Shown here in pieces: positions 36,801 to 49,855 of a stretch of DNA of 60,296 bases. Numbering within the stretch: position 1 is the stretch's first letter; each line of letters opens with the position of its first letter. Below the pieces are notes generated by a model. It was given only the letters and a program-made list of their open reading frames with translations. It was not told where the DNA came from and searched no databases. A program made the position numbers and the translations under genes. Origin of the DNA: Stylophora pistillata (Eukaryota); contig NW_019218153.1 in assembly GCF_002571385.2 (NCBI RefSeq), forward strand, positions 266,580-326,875. Reading direction: 5' to 3'.

Positions 36801-39800
36801 TACTCAGTTTTGAGCAGTTGGGAAAAAAAATGGGTACTATCGAACTGTTGGAAAGTCTTGCAAAAAGGCAGGGGTTAACCTGCAATGGTCTTGATTGAGT
36901 GGGGTTTTTTTTTTAATTAGTTGCTGTAACTTTCTGTTACTGTACAGCCTTACCCATTGTATGTTTAGGAGAGTCAGTGAAATACAATACATGATCTATG
37001 TTTTATAATTAATTACACAAGGTTTTGTAACATTTCTGATCTTGGCAGTAGCAGGATGCTTATCAAACATAAACCTGGCATACATGTATAGCAAAGCTCT
37101 CAAATGAATTTAGTCCACTATGATAGGGTATTGACAACAAATTCTGAAAGTCTGGAGTTCAATTCCTTCAACAGACTCTGATTTTTTTCTTAATGATCGG
37201 CATTTGTTGCCTAATTTTAATTCCTTAGCATAGTAATGGAGAGCACACTAATTTTGGACTCAGTGGCTCAGACATAGAGAACAAAATTGCCAGTGAAATC
37301 AATGAAGTCCTTGGGAAAACCACACAAGAGGATCCTGATGCAGATATTGTATTAACAGAATATCAAAGTGATGGAGAACAGACTGGGTAAGATAAACACC
37401 AAAGGTGCCTTATTTGTAATGTCAGTAATATTTCTATTTGAGAAGGGGTCTTTTGAATTCCATTATTATGAAACAATCACAATTTCATCATCATGAATTG
37501 GGTTAACTTTGTTGTTCCTGTTGCTGGCAAATGTAAGATTATGTTCACTGTATGAAGAGTGACATATAAGGGATTTAATTTTCTTTTTTTTTTAGATCAG
37601 ATCAGGAAGATGATGATAATGATGAAGAGCCCCATTGTTTAAAGGTAGTGCACTAGATATAATTAACAGACTGAATAGATTACACACCTTAAAATCAGTA
37701 TGCATATTCTCCTTACTGTCTTTTAGACATTTCCTAAGATGCTAGAAAGAAGAATCTGTTTAAAAATCAAGTTGTTTTTAGCTGGTGATCATTTCCTTTA
37801 TTCTCGTAACCTTAATGTGTGATTCAGGGGCTATATTGTAAGGAGAAATTAAAAGCTAGTCATTCTTCAGGGTCAAAGCTTAAAAAAAACCAAAAGTATT
37901 TATAATTTTCAACCAATAAGCTAGATTTCTCTATGATTATTATTGTTTTTCCAGATATTTTACTGCAGTAGAACACACTCCCAATTGACTCAATTTGTGA
38001 GGGAAGTGCAAAAGAGTCCATTTAGTGACAGCATACGAGTTGTATCCCTTGGATCCCGACAGAATCTTTGCATCAATGAGGATGTTAAAAGCCTTAAGAA
38101 TATAAACAGAATTAATGATAGGTGTTTGGAACTTCAAAAGAAAGACAAAGGTGAGCCTGTAGAGGGGGGGTGGAGTGGGGTGGGGGTGATGATGGGATGA
38201 GGGGTGGGGTGGTGAAGGGGATGGTTGGTCTTAATTGTTTGCAACACAAACTCTTTGTAACAAGTGTTTTGTTTTCTTCAAAAATACTCTTTCAAGGCAG
38301 GGATTTGAGAGACATCATATGTAGTTTGAAAATGAATTTCAAATATTTTTAGGAGAATTTTGAACACAGCAGTATGTTTTATTTTATATTGTTTTGAAAA
38401 TTGTTTACATGGAAATGAAATGATGATGTGAAGGAAGCACTTGCCTTAAAGTTGCAGCACAGCTGGAGTTCAGATCAAAAGGACCATGCTTGTGACCTGG
38501 CTGGGGCATTGCCTAGTGTTCAGGGGAAAGAAACTTACCTCTTACAGAGCCTCTCTTCATCAAGAATTATAAATGGATACCAATACTAACAAATTGTGTG
38601 GGGGACCTGACCAAAAGCTGGAGGTTACAGGTAGCAGTAGTCTACTGCCAGCTATAAGACCTCTTTAAACCTTTCACTGGCAAGATCTTCTTAGAAATTC
38701 TCCTTACTGTCTGCTTTTGCAATTCTTATGATGCAAGTCTGGAGAATTTGGTACTGGATCAACTAATAATCCCTTAGTCGATATTTTTCTTTATTCTCAT
38801 CACTTACCTGCTTGACATTGTACTGTTATTGTAAGGAGAAAATCTGTCTCGGTCACTCATGGGAGTTGAAGGGTCAACCGCTGTCTGTTTAGCCTGCCAG
38901 CAGGCTCTTGTGTTTGCCTGGGTGTTTGCCCTGTGGCTCCTTTCCCTGGCACCGCTTTCCATTACACCATCTGTGGCTTCCTATGTGGATCCGAGAAAAG
39001 TTATTGATTGAAATCTCTTCTACATGTGCTCTCTTGTATTTTCTCACTGCACAAAGGTACATGATTGTCATGTTAACAGAAGGTAACTACTAAATGTTTG
39101 GAATAAAACTGAGAGTTATGTTTTTTTTGAACAGAGAAGAAAAAAGCTGTTGGAGAGAAACCTCCAAAGAAGAAGAAAGTTTCAAATGGATGTCCCTTCT
39201 ATATGTACCAGCAACTGCAGAAATTCAGGGACCATGTGTTGGTGAGGTCCTTAGTTAATTGAAAAAAATACTCTTGAGAGAAAATTTGAATTAATTTCTA
39301 GCTGTTAACAGTAGAATGCACCTTCCAAAGAGTCAATAAAGCAGAAAAGGATGAAAAGAATGAGCCGTGAGGCTTTACACTTTTACTATAATTGTTATTT
39401 TACTTTGAAAAATCAGCTTGTGAATGAATAGGTTTTAGAACATGATTGTTTCAAACTGTTGAATAAATTTCTTCTTTTCTCAGGTGGATGTAAAAGATAT
39501 TGAGCAACTTGTTTCTGTCGGTGAAGAACTTCACGCCTGTCCTTACTATGGGACAAGATTAGCCATACCCGCGGCACAGGTAATTTTTAGTTACAGAGCT
39601 TTTTTTTTATTTGAGTGTAGAAATTCATATGAGATTTCTTTGGTTTTGCTCAACATTTCTGTGTGAATGGTCAAGAAAATTAAACTCACAACACCTGTTC
39701 TTATCTATTGAATCATTCATACTCTGACTAATTTTTTTTCCAACTCTAGCTTGTAGTTTTGCCATACAACATCCTACTTCACAAGTCTACAAGGGAAGCC

Positions 39801-42800
39801 TGTGGGATAAAGCTTAAAGGAAACGTGGTTATTGTTGATGAGGCGCATAATTTGATCGACACAATAAGTAGTGTACACAGTGTAGAAATCACTGGTTCTC
39901 AGGTAAAATAAATGACTTTTATTTTACCCTTTAATTTCCAAGATCAGATTGTTAATTCTAGCCTCTAACTGCTACACATTTCCTTGTAAATAAGCGGCAA
40001 GAATTTGGTGTTACGTTAGATCAAGATAACAACTTCTCTGCGATAAGTTTCAGTGTTACATACATACATACATACATAGGTTAGTTGACCACTCCCCATG
40101 GGGGCTTTTCAGGGCCAATTCCCACCCATCCCACCCCAGGGGAGGACATCCATGACACAGTAATCTCATGCGTGGGAAATTAACGTCTCCTACCCCTAAC
40201 CCTGCAGGAGACCGGGCCTACGGTTTATTCGTCCTTATCCGAGAAGACTAGAATATATCTCCATTTCTTGATTATAGAAAGGTAGCAATTTCTCCTCACT
40301 TATTTTAAGACGTTGAGTATTGGTCGGGCGAGGGCTGGAACCCTCCACCTCCCGCACAACACAATCCGGTGCTCTAACTAATTGAGCTAACCGGGAGGCG
40401 GTTAGTGTTGTTACCCTTTTGCTAGATAATGTATGGACATGATGGGGAGAAATTATGTCTTCATCACCTTCAGAACTTGATGGGTTAAAAGCGAATCAAT
40501 ACCAGTTGGATCTCTCATAATAAAGTTGATTTCAATAAATTAAATTTTATTGAACATTTTACACAAGACAACATATTTATTATTAATAAATATAATACTT
40601 TAAATGAAAATTGACTAATAAGCTGACCATACTCCTGCAAAGTTTGAGAAAACATTGCATTAGATTGGACATCTTACTAGGTATTGAATATAGTTAATCC
40701 CTCTTGTCTTGTATCATGTCACAGATTTTGTGCTCTCACTCTCAGCTGACTCAGTACCAGGATCGCTATAGGTCAGTGGAAGATTCTAAAAACTGATTTA
40801 CGTAACAAGCTTAGAAATTCTTACAACATTTTTCTTGCTCCTGGTTAGTTTAACATCTCCCCAATTTCAAAATTTTTAACCAGGTCAAGGTTAAAAGCAA
40901 AGAACTTGTTCTACATTCAGCAACTACTGTATGTCTTGATGTGTTTCCTAAACTGTATTGGAGGTAAGTTTTGTAAGTATAGAACTCAAAGCATGGGAGG
41001 TTCTTTGGAAGACAGAAAGGAGATTTGCTAATTAGATCTTGGGGGAGAAAGGATTAATTTACTCCATTGGGTTAAAATGCCACATACAGACAACTGGGAT
41101 CAGAAGAGTTTTAGAAATCATCACTACATGATATATGAAATCTTGACTCTATATTGACATCTTCTCTTTAATCTTAGTGATCATTGTAATTGCAGTTGAT
41201 CATTGTAATTGCTGTAATACAGTGGCGGATCGAGGGGGAGGGTCCGGGGGGTCCGGACCCCCCCTATCAGACCTGACGCTTACAACTTTGAGACTGAAAT
41301 TCTTACATCCACAGGATCGTATATCACTTTTTAACTGGCTGATTTTTTAAATTAATGAATCAAAGTAAACGGTAAGCGGCCAATGAATTATAACATGCAA
41401 CTGTGACTGGTGGGAGAAGTAATTTGTTTCAAAAGAGTCCAACAGTCCTTTCTGAACCAAAGTTTGAACCCCCCTATCAAAAATTCCTGGATCTGCCCCT
41501 TTAATATGTGATGTCTGATAAGAAGGCTGATGAAAAGACTATGGTTTCAAAACAGATCTTGCTAAGGTATTGTCAACTCTATAACATATTTTTGAATTTC
41601 CTGTAGGAAAGGAGCAAAGTAAACCAGAATCATTGTCTAGTGCAAAAGACAACAGAAAGCAAGGTTCTTAATTGTAGAGTGATGATTGTTATTTTTCTTC
41701 ATCTGAACCACGATACTTGTCTCTTGTGAGTTCTCTTGATCTCCAGGGGTTGTCATGAAATGCTTTCTTATGACTGTATCTATATTGGACCACCTCCTTA
41801 TACTCTGCCAAGGACATCTCTTTTTTCACCATGCACAGCCGGTCCTTGTTTAATTTTTCTTTTCCCTTTTAAAACATTTCTTTCAAAATATCCTTGCAAA
41901 TATGGGCTCAATGAACTATTAAATTTAATTTAACACAGAAGGTAAGCCTTTTCTTAAACGTTAATGAAATAATTATAGTTATAATCATCAACTGTAGTAT
42001 TTTATTTTGATGAAATTATGACAAATCATTAATTTTTTTATTTTCTTGTCCTAAATAGAAGTGAAGCTACTAACAATCAATGATTTCCTCTTTGCTGCCC
42101 AAATAGATAATGTAAACCTTTTTAAGGTACAATAAACATTTAAGCTATAGAACACATTTTTCTGGGCTCTATTACATGATATAGCCATGCAGGATGTTGG
42201 GTGAACATGAGGGAAGTTTACAAATTACAAGCCCAAGGCAAGTGAATTATATAAAGCTTCCGAGTGTTCTCCCAACATCTCAAGTCGCTTTATCATGTTA
42301 TAGAGCCCAGAAAAATGTGTTCTATTGCTTTTATAACATTACTGATTACACACAGGCTCTATAAACTGAAAAGCATCTGTTTGGAAACTGAATTGACCAA
42401 TCAGACAATGTGTACTATGTTCATTATGTTATAAAGCTAATGAAAAGTATACTATTAGATGAGGTTATGTACATTCCTGCTTGGTAGCATTGGGCATTAA
42501 CCATAAATCTCCTCTTGACTCTATACTTGGCAATTCTTTTTGCCTCCCTCAAGGTTATGTTCTTGTCCTTGAGCTCATTTTGTACACAATACCTCCAGGA
42601 TTGCTTCCGATGGCCTCCTCTTCTAGACCCCTGAGGGTTCCATTTGAGAGCAATGTAGGTGATTTTTTCCCCAGGTTTCTGAAGTGGACATCAAATCCAT
42701 TTCCTTAATAAGTATACTATAGGATGTATATATATTCAGTTCATGAAGATGTCATTCCAATGTAAAACTTGAATCAATTCTCCTTTCAGATAAAAAGATA

Positions 42801-45800
42801 CTGTGAGAAGAGCATGATTTCTAAAAAGGTTAGTTCTAAAAGAAATTTTTTTTCAGATATTTCATGATCTTATGAGTGACCTTCCAGAATGAGGTATGGA
42901 AGGGTTAGCATTGATTATTTACTCAAATTTAATTTTTTTTTCAAGCTGAATGGATTTGTTGACAAATATCATTCTGTACAAGTGGGAACAGGTTAGTTCA
43001 CAATCATCAGGGCTGGACACTAACAATAGCCCACTGGCCACAGAATAAAAGAAATTCAGTTTGGCTAGTGGTTTTTGATTCCCACCAGCCAATTTGGCTA
43101 GTTAAACAAACTGAAATTGTCTTAACATCTAAGATGTCACTAGCCACTTGGCCAGTAAGTTGAAAAGTTAGTGTCAAGCCCTGATCATGCTGTAATTTTG
43201 GAATGAAGAACTATACAAGTTTTGAGTGGCACAAATGTAGAGAAAGTAATAGTTTGAAAAAGGTTAAAATTTTATTTGTCTCTGAAAGTAAATGCTTGGA
43301 ATTCTTGAAAATTCAACTGGTAAAAGGATTGCCCCAACTACTGCACTGAAAATGTTTTTCATTCATACCTGTCATCTTTAAACTAAGGGAGAACATGGTT
43401 GTCGAAAATTCATCTTACAATAAGTGTATCATGATGTTAGGATTAACTGCTGGAGAAGAAGGTGGATTGTATGAAAGCTGTAATTCACCTCTTCAAATCA
43501 TTGAAAGCTTTTTGGAAGCACTCACAAATGCTGACAAAGATGGAAGGATTGTCATTAACAAGCAAGGTAAGATTTTCTTTGTATGCTTGGCATAAGACAG
43601 TGAGTCAATCTAGTTTTTTACTTCTTTCAATTCAGCCTGATTTAAAGGGAAAAGAAAACATTTTCAAGCAATCTTCTTAGACAAAGTTAACCCCATTTTT
43701 TTGGTCCATAAGTGTACAACCAAATTCTCCTCCCAATTTTGGCAATACTAGTGTGTCCAGGAAACAGGTCATGGGAATAAATTGACAGATAGATGAGCTG
43801 GGGGCTGCAGTTGTTACCTTGATCAAATGCCAAATTCTCTTGGCTAGTTTGCATGAAAATGTATAACAGCTACAGGAGAGAATTACTCGTCAGATCTCTC
43901 TGGAGTTAAAAGGTTTAGGGTACTTTTTGACAATTTCTAATGTGCCCGAAGAGGATAATGGTTATTTTTTTTTATTAGAGGTGTAGTTATACTCACCTTG
44001 ATTGCCTCTGCACTTGGTATTTTCTACCAACAGAGCAACCCAGTAACTCCAGTCTGAAGAGAATAATGATTATTTTTTTATTAGAGGTGTAGTTACTCAC
44101 GTTGGTTGCCTGTGCAATTTGTATTTTCTACCAACAGAGCGACCCAGTAACTCCAGTCTGAAGTTTCTTCTTTTGAATCCAGCGGTCCACTTCACCACTA
44201 TCATCAAGGAAGCCAGAGCTGTTGTTGTTGCTGGGGGAACAATGCAACCGGTAATGAAGGGTCAATTATCGTGGTCGTACTTTTTTGACTCTGGAAGTTT
44301 GAGGTCGACCCTTAGATCCCTAAGAGTGATCAGCACCTGAATTCTCCCTATAATATTACCCCTGAATCACACATAAGGGTTACGAGACTAAAGTAAATGA
44401 TCACTGCTTAAGAAGCTCTTGATTGTTAACCAAATTCTCCTTGTCAGTACCTTGAAAAATGATAGAGAACAGTATGGAGAATATGCATATTGATGTAAGG
44501 GTGTGAAGGTTTTATATACCCAGCCACTCTAAAAATCAAAATATCAATTCTCTGCTCTGTCTACCAAATTACATTTCTAATATCAACTAAGTTGAAATTG
44601 TAAATTCATTAGCCATATGCACTGACGAAGGACTAATGCTCGAAATGTCAGCTTTTTAACTCTTTATGGTAGCCAATTTCACCCTCACTGACGCAGCACC
44701 TCAGTTTCTTTAGAAACTTACCCCCTTTATACATTTCTAATGGTTATGTCTTTGGGAATTTGGTGTTAAATAATTTGTATTTCCCAACTGATATTTTTTC
44801 TTTGTTAATTATCATCATCTTTCTGCTCCAAAACTTATTACCAATTGTTAGGAAAAGTATGCCTTGGTCACAGTCTGAGAGTTGACCGATTTAGATTTCT
44901 GTATCCCATTCATCTTTGTTATCAGCTATCTGTAAATTTGATGTTTGAAAATTTCTCATTTTAAAAAAAAAAATAAAAAAAGCTAACTTCATGTTGGTTG
45001 ACGAACTCAATGAAAACTAGCCAATAATTATATCACGGTGAAACTGCATCTCGTGTTCGGTGAGATTGTTAATAAATTCTACTTATTTCAGCTGTTCTGG
45101 AGAAATGTTAATGACAAAATGATCATTATATAAGGCTAAAATATGTTTCCTTCTTTGTACCTTTCAGATGTCGGATTTTAAAGATCAGCTCTTTACTTGT
45201 GCTGGACTTTCCAGTGACAAAATGGTGGAGTTTTCCTGTGGTAAAACAACCGAATTCTCCGTAGAATACGACATTGTTCCTTTTGGTATTAGAGCACAGC
45301 TGTAACATTAATTATGGGCTATGAGCGTTCTCTTTTTATATTTTCAGCTCATGTTATTCCAGCAGAACATTTGCTCGCTGTAGCGTTAGACAAAGGACCT
45401 TCTGGAAAAGATCTTGATTTTACTTACCAGTCGAGAGACTCGAAGCAGTTGGTAGGCGCTGCGGTTATGCACATTACTAAATTTTTGCCTTGAAATCGGG
45501 GATGCTTTGTTTATTTCTCATATTATCATTGAAAAAAAAAAAAACACCAGCTATCAGTAAAAAAAAAGCCATATTATGTTCTCAAAGAGAGTCCGCCATT
45601 TTGTATTTACTTTTATCGGAAGTGTGATGTCGATTTTTACTTCCGGTTATCAGAGCTTAGCTGTCCACCCTTTAGTAGTTAAATTTTCGCAAATTTGATT
45701 CAGCCGGGCGTAGTGGCGCACGTCTTTAATCTAGCTGCTTGGAGGCTGGAGTCGCTGAATGGCTTGAGGGCGGGATTCCTGGGGTTAGTCGTGCTATGTA

Positions 45801-48800
45801 GATCGGGTGTCCACACTAAGTTTGGCGTCAATATGGTGAAGACAGAGGAATCTGAGTTCTCCAGGTTGGTTAAAGAGGAGCGAACCGGCCCAGGGTGGAA
45901 ACACAGCAGGCAAAAGCTCCCGCGTCAAACAGTAGTGGGATAGCACCTGTGAATAGGCGGTTGTTCACAGCCCGTCCAATATAGTCGAACTCGACTCTGT
46001 ATTCTTTTTCTTTTTTCTTTTTTCCTTTTTTTTTTTCTTTTTCGCCTGGTTTATTTGATATCGTACTCTAGCTCTTTCCTTTTACTGCCGAGGGGGAAAA
46101 ATCATTTGCACGTAAATATTTTCCAGCAGTGTAAGAAAAAATTTACATCGAAAATTTTTTTATCTTTTCGTTTTGATTATTTTTCACCTTTTTTTCAAAT
46201 TTTTTTCTGGAGCTTACAAACTGGCGAACAAAACCAATGGCACTTTTGTTACTTTTTGCCTCAGAAAGAAGAACTGGGACGACTCCTGCTAAATATTTTT
46301 GCTGTAGTTCCCGGAGGAGTAGTGTGTTTTTTCTCCTCGTATGATTATGAAGAGAAAGTCTGCAAATACTGGCAGGAATCCGGGATTCTGGAGAAATTAA
46401 ACGCTAGTAAGAAGGTGCTTTAAGGATTTCTAATCACATTTTGTTATCTTTTCCTACTTTCTGTCTTCCTTTTTTCTTTTTTTTTTTTTTCTACCCAAAC
46501 ATACAGAATTTCTCTCCTATTTCTCAGGTCTACAGAGAGCCACGTAAATCTAGTCAACTTGATCAAGTTCTTTCCTCCTACGCAGCCTGTATTAAGGTTA
46601 GTACTTAAAGCAACGTTTAGATGCTAGATCATTTAGCATTATTTCCCCCAGTAATATCTCAAGAGTATCAACAAGCGTTGCCCTCCGGAAAAAATGTGCT
46701 CATTTCACCAGAGTCGAACAAATCTTGTGCTCGAAACAATGCCTTGCGTCTGGTTAAACTCTAACATTGAACTCTTATCATAAAATCTGGGGGAAGGTAA
46801 TTCTTAGGAGGTTAAATTTTTCTCTTGGTTTAACTTGTTGAAGGTCTACTGTAGCGTAGCAGTCTTTTCTCTTTGATATGATATGGAAAATACAAGACAC
46901 TTTTTCTTGAAAATCATCCAAAACTGCTTCTAAAGCTCTTACAATTCTGAAATTTCCGAAGCATCGTGTCTTAAAAATCTCGATAAAAAGCCCGTCTTTT
47001 TGTATTCAAGCGTAATGAACATTCAGAGGAATACTAATATCGCCTTTGAACTTTTTTTTATCCACAGAAGCCAGTCGTAATTGCCAACAACTCTCCAAAT
47101 GGCGCGGTGTTGTTCTGTGTGGTCGGAGGAAAGATGAGTGAGGGGATAAATTTTTCTGACGACCTTGGTAGGCATGTTTCACGTTTGGTCATATCTTTGC
47201 TTGAGAACAGAAACCATATTTTAGACTACTGTTAGCTTCTCGTCCCAATCTCTTCCTGCCCAAAGTCTTCGCTCTTTATCGCGAAGATAAATCTCGCTCT
47301 CACTCAAGAGAAAAAAAAATCAGAATGCTAGCTGTCTGACCGTATTCTGGCGAGACGGAGAGATTAGCTTGTTGTAAAGTCTACCAGTAATCTTCTATTT
47401 CCCTCGCTTGAACGCACCTTCATGCCTTGCGCCGTCTAACCATCGAACGTGTCACATTTCGCAGTATCACGATTGTAGTTCAGTGGGACATATTTTATTT
47501 TGGGGAGGGGAGTGGAGTAGGCATGCGTCATATCAACAACATTTGGAAACACTTTGCTGCATTTTTACTTTAGGTGTGTGGTCATGGTGGGTCTGCCTTA
47601 TCCAAACATCTACTCACCGGAATTAAATGAGAAAATGATATATCTTGACGCAACTTTGGGGGTAGGCCTTACTCTGAGAATTCCTCTTTAATAACCTTCA
47701 GGCTGTGAATCGCTACGGTTCCATTTCTTCCGGTTTTGCGCATAACCCCCACGCTTATGATCTGGTGAAGTGCATATTAAGCTGAATTTTGTTCTCATTA
47801 CATTCCGACGTCTTTTGTGATCTATCGCTGCACAGACGCACGACATCATGGGATCTATTAGTTAGCTAAACTGTTGGATTCGCAAGCAGAAGCAGAACAA
47901 CCAACCAGCTTTAAGCACGTTCTCAGGCCATCCGCTCGCTTACGGCTCAAACAATTTTAGCTTTAACAGATTACAAGCAATTGAGTCACGAGCTGGGCTC
48001 TGTACTCTGCTTCTGATTACGTCGGTTTGATTTTCACCGGGTCATATGGCTCTACGCTTCTGATGATGGTTCTTACTCCAACTCCGACGTTAATGAAAAT
48101 CAGCTTTAAATGTTTACCAACAGTTTCTTTGTGCTCCTGATAGATCCCCGTCCATTTTTAGTCTGTGCACAAGAGTCTTCTGGTTGTTTTGCGTTTTTGC
48201 GCTATGGAGTATTTTTTGATCAGTGATATAGCTCACTATTCATTTGGTGTTGTTTGTTAATTTAGCGCAAACAACCAATCAAACAAGAAACTAAAGTTCT
48301 TCCTTAAGCGTCGTTCAGTTTTTTATTCCAGAGAAGCCCATTGTCTCTGTTGTTTACTTATGCCATCCTTGGTCTCTGTTTTTTTCTCAGCCAAAAGCTG
48401 GTCAAATACATTATGAAAACCTTTGCATGAAAGCCGTAAATCAGTCAATAGGTGAGGCCAAACTTCATTATCTTTAAACTAGCCTGAGCTTGCACTGTTA
48501 CAATGGAACACAAACAAAATGTAAACTGAGTCATCAAGAATCCGTCCAAAGTTTTTAAGAATTTTTTTTCATTCAAATTTTTTTTTCAGGTCGCGCTATT
48601 CGTCACAAACGAGACTTTGCGACAATCCTGTTGCTTGATCAGCGGTATGGTTCTGCTAGAATTCAGAAAAGCCTTCCAGGTTGGATTTCAAACCGACTTC
48701 AGCACCAGACTCGCTTTGGTTCTGCATTTGCTGCCATTCGCAAGGTATGATTCATGGTAAAAGGAGGAGGGTGTGTCTTGTCACCAGTCTATTATGAGAA

Positions 48801-49271
48801 CTTCCAACCTCGTTCTGAGGACCCTTCGTCTTCTCAGTGGCTAGTTTGCCGAGCGAGATTCAAAATGAGAGGGAGGGGTCCGTTGTCGAATCTTTAACAT
48901 CTCAGAAGATAGTTTTCTGAAGGTGTAATTAGTCTGTGATGTCTCTAAACATGTTTAGTGTCATAATTTTGATTTAATCCACAGAAGTTTTTTTAATGGT
49001 GGAGATAAAATCTGGTTTCTGTAGATTACTTTCCTTTAAAAGGGGTCACGTTGCGGTGGTCAGCTTGAAAGAATCACTATGACGGAAAAAGGACAGTTAT
49101 AGATAGGGATGATCTCAACGTTCTGCCTGTAGCGAACTGAAAGATAACACCCCAAACTTATGAGACTGGACGGCTCAGTTTACCTCTCTTCACTTTTTTC
49201 AGTTTTTCGTGGACAAGCGACAGGCGGATGAAGCCATGACAAACACTAGACTGGAACAGATGACCACGTGA
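33872..49271 (+). CDS. DDX11: ATP-dependent Fe-S DNA helicase DDX11/ChlR1, ~28 exons
   Basis: [16 protein letters not shown]|[88 protein letters not shown] and NQSIGRAIRH motifs lie on + strand exons. The last exon is 49203-49271. Confidence 0.95.
35290..35412 (-). mobile_element. Partial copy of the SINE at 40058
   Basis: Shares acacagtaatctcat...ctcctacccctaaccctgcaggagac...ttatccgagaaga. Confidence 0.75.
36602..36781 (+). mobile_element. Non-autonomous DNA transposon, CAGGGCT termini (hAT-like, 5-bp TSD)
   Basis: TIR cagggctcgacactaa / ttagtgtagagccctg, flanked by atgat and ttgat. Confidence 0.8.
37680..37880. repeat. Representative of an abundant ~200-bp AT-rich dispersed repeat family (other copies near 29660, 30640, 38665, 39925, 43690, 44310, 49466, 52850, 55260, 56870, 60120)
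   Basis: Recurrent motifs tatgcatattctcc, tgtaaggagaaatta and aaccct...agggtt termini. Confidence 0.7.
40058..40403 (-). mobile_element. Full-length tRNA-derived SINE with (TGTA)n tail
   Basis: Head GGTTAGCTCAATTAGTTAGAGC...GGTTCCAGCCC, tail (tatg)n, and AGTGTT duplicated on both sides. It is inserted into another repeat. Confidence 0.85.
41220..41501. mobile_element. Non-autonomous DNA transposon CAGTGGCGGATC...GATCTGCCCCT
   Basis: Imperfect TIRs with TAATA on both flanks. Confidence 0.75.
43008..43183 (-). mobile_element. Second, inverted copy of the 36602 element
   Basis: Same TIRs, reverse-complement interior, perfect ATCAT TSD. Confidence 0.85.
43948..44163 (+). repeat. ~105-bp tandem duplication spanning a DDX11 splice acceptor
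   Basis: ttattagaggtgtagtta...ttttctaccaacagagc(a/g)acccagtaactccagtctgaag occurs twice. Confidence 0.9.
44581..44725 (+). mobile_element. Penelope-like/retrozyme-type fragment with degenerate hammerhead core (44622-44652)
   Basis: CTGACGA-AGGACTAATGCTC-GAAATGTC-AGC. It shares tatcaactaagttgaaattgtaaatt with the sequence at 50725. Confidence 0.6.
45703..46004 (+). ncRNA. 7SL: 7SL (SRP) RNA gene in a DDX11 intron
   Basis: GCCGGGCG start, Alu-domain-like 5' end, GATCGGGTGTCCACACTAAGTT, CAATATGGTGA, SRP54-site CCCAGGGTGGAAACACAGCAGG, AGTAGTGGGAT and CCTGTGAATAG. About 300 nt, followed by T-runs. Confidence 0.95.
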
Positions 49272-49631
49272 AACCTGAAGTGACCTGATTACCCACAGAG
49301 ATTTAAAGCAAAATGTAACGTGTTTATTTGATAGATTACTTCAATGAAGTACACGGTTCCAAGTTTATTTATTTTTATTTAATATATCTATTTCACGAAT
49401 GCATCATGATACATATTTTCATCGGCACAACGACAATGAAAGCCCCTTGCCGAGTCTGCTCCATTGAACCCTTCAATCTCCGGGAGTGACCGAGACAGAA
49501 TTTCTCCTTAGAAAATTAATACAAGATTAAGCAGAAAAATGATGAGGAAAAAACAAAGAAAGAAAATATCAGATAGGGATCATTAGTTGATCCAATACCA
49601 AATTTTATGAATTAATATCACGAGGATTGTA

Positions 49632-49855
49632 TTTGTGCACGATCCTCGCTGTAATGAACACTATTTAAGCGATAGTGAAAATCAGACCTGAAAAAATTCA
49701 GGCCTGTACGGGATTCGAACTGACCAGTCAGTGGTTCGAATCCTGTACAGGCCTGAATTTTTTCAGGTCAGATTTTCATTTGTTCATTACTGCGAGGATC
49801 GTGCACAAAGACGTTTCTATAACCGCAGTTCAGATTTATGAATTTCATATATTCG
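49632..49855. mobile_element. Palindromic element of the same family as 31643, with only tRNA 3' ends head-to-head
   Basis: ttgtgcacgatcctcgc / gcgaggatcgtgcacaa and gacctgaaaaaattcaggcctgtac / gtacaggcctgaattttttcaggtc arms. Confidence 0.75.
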
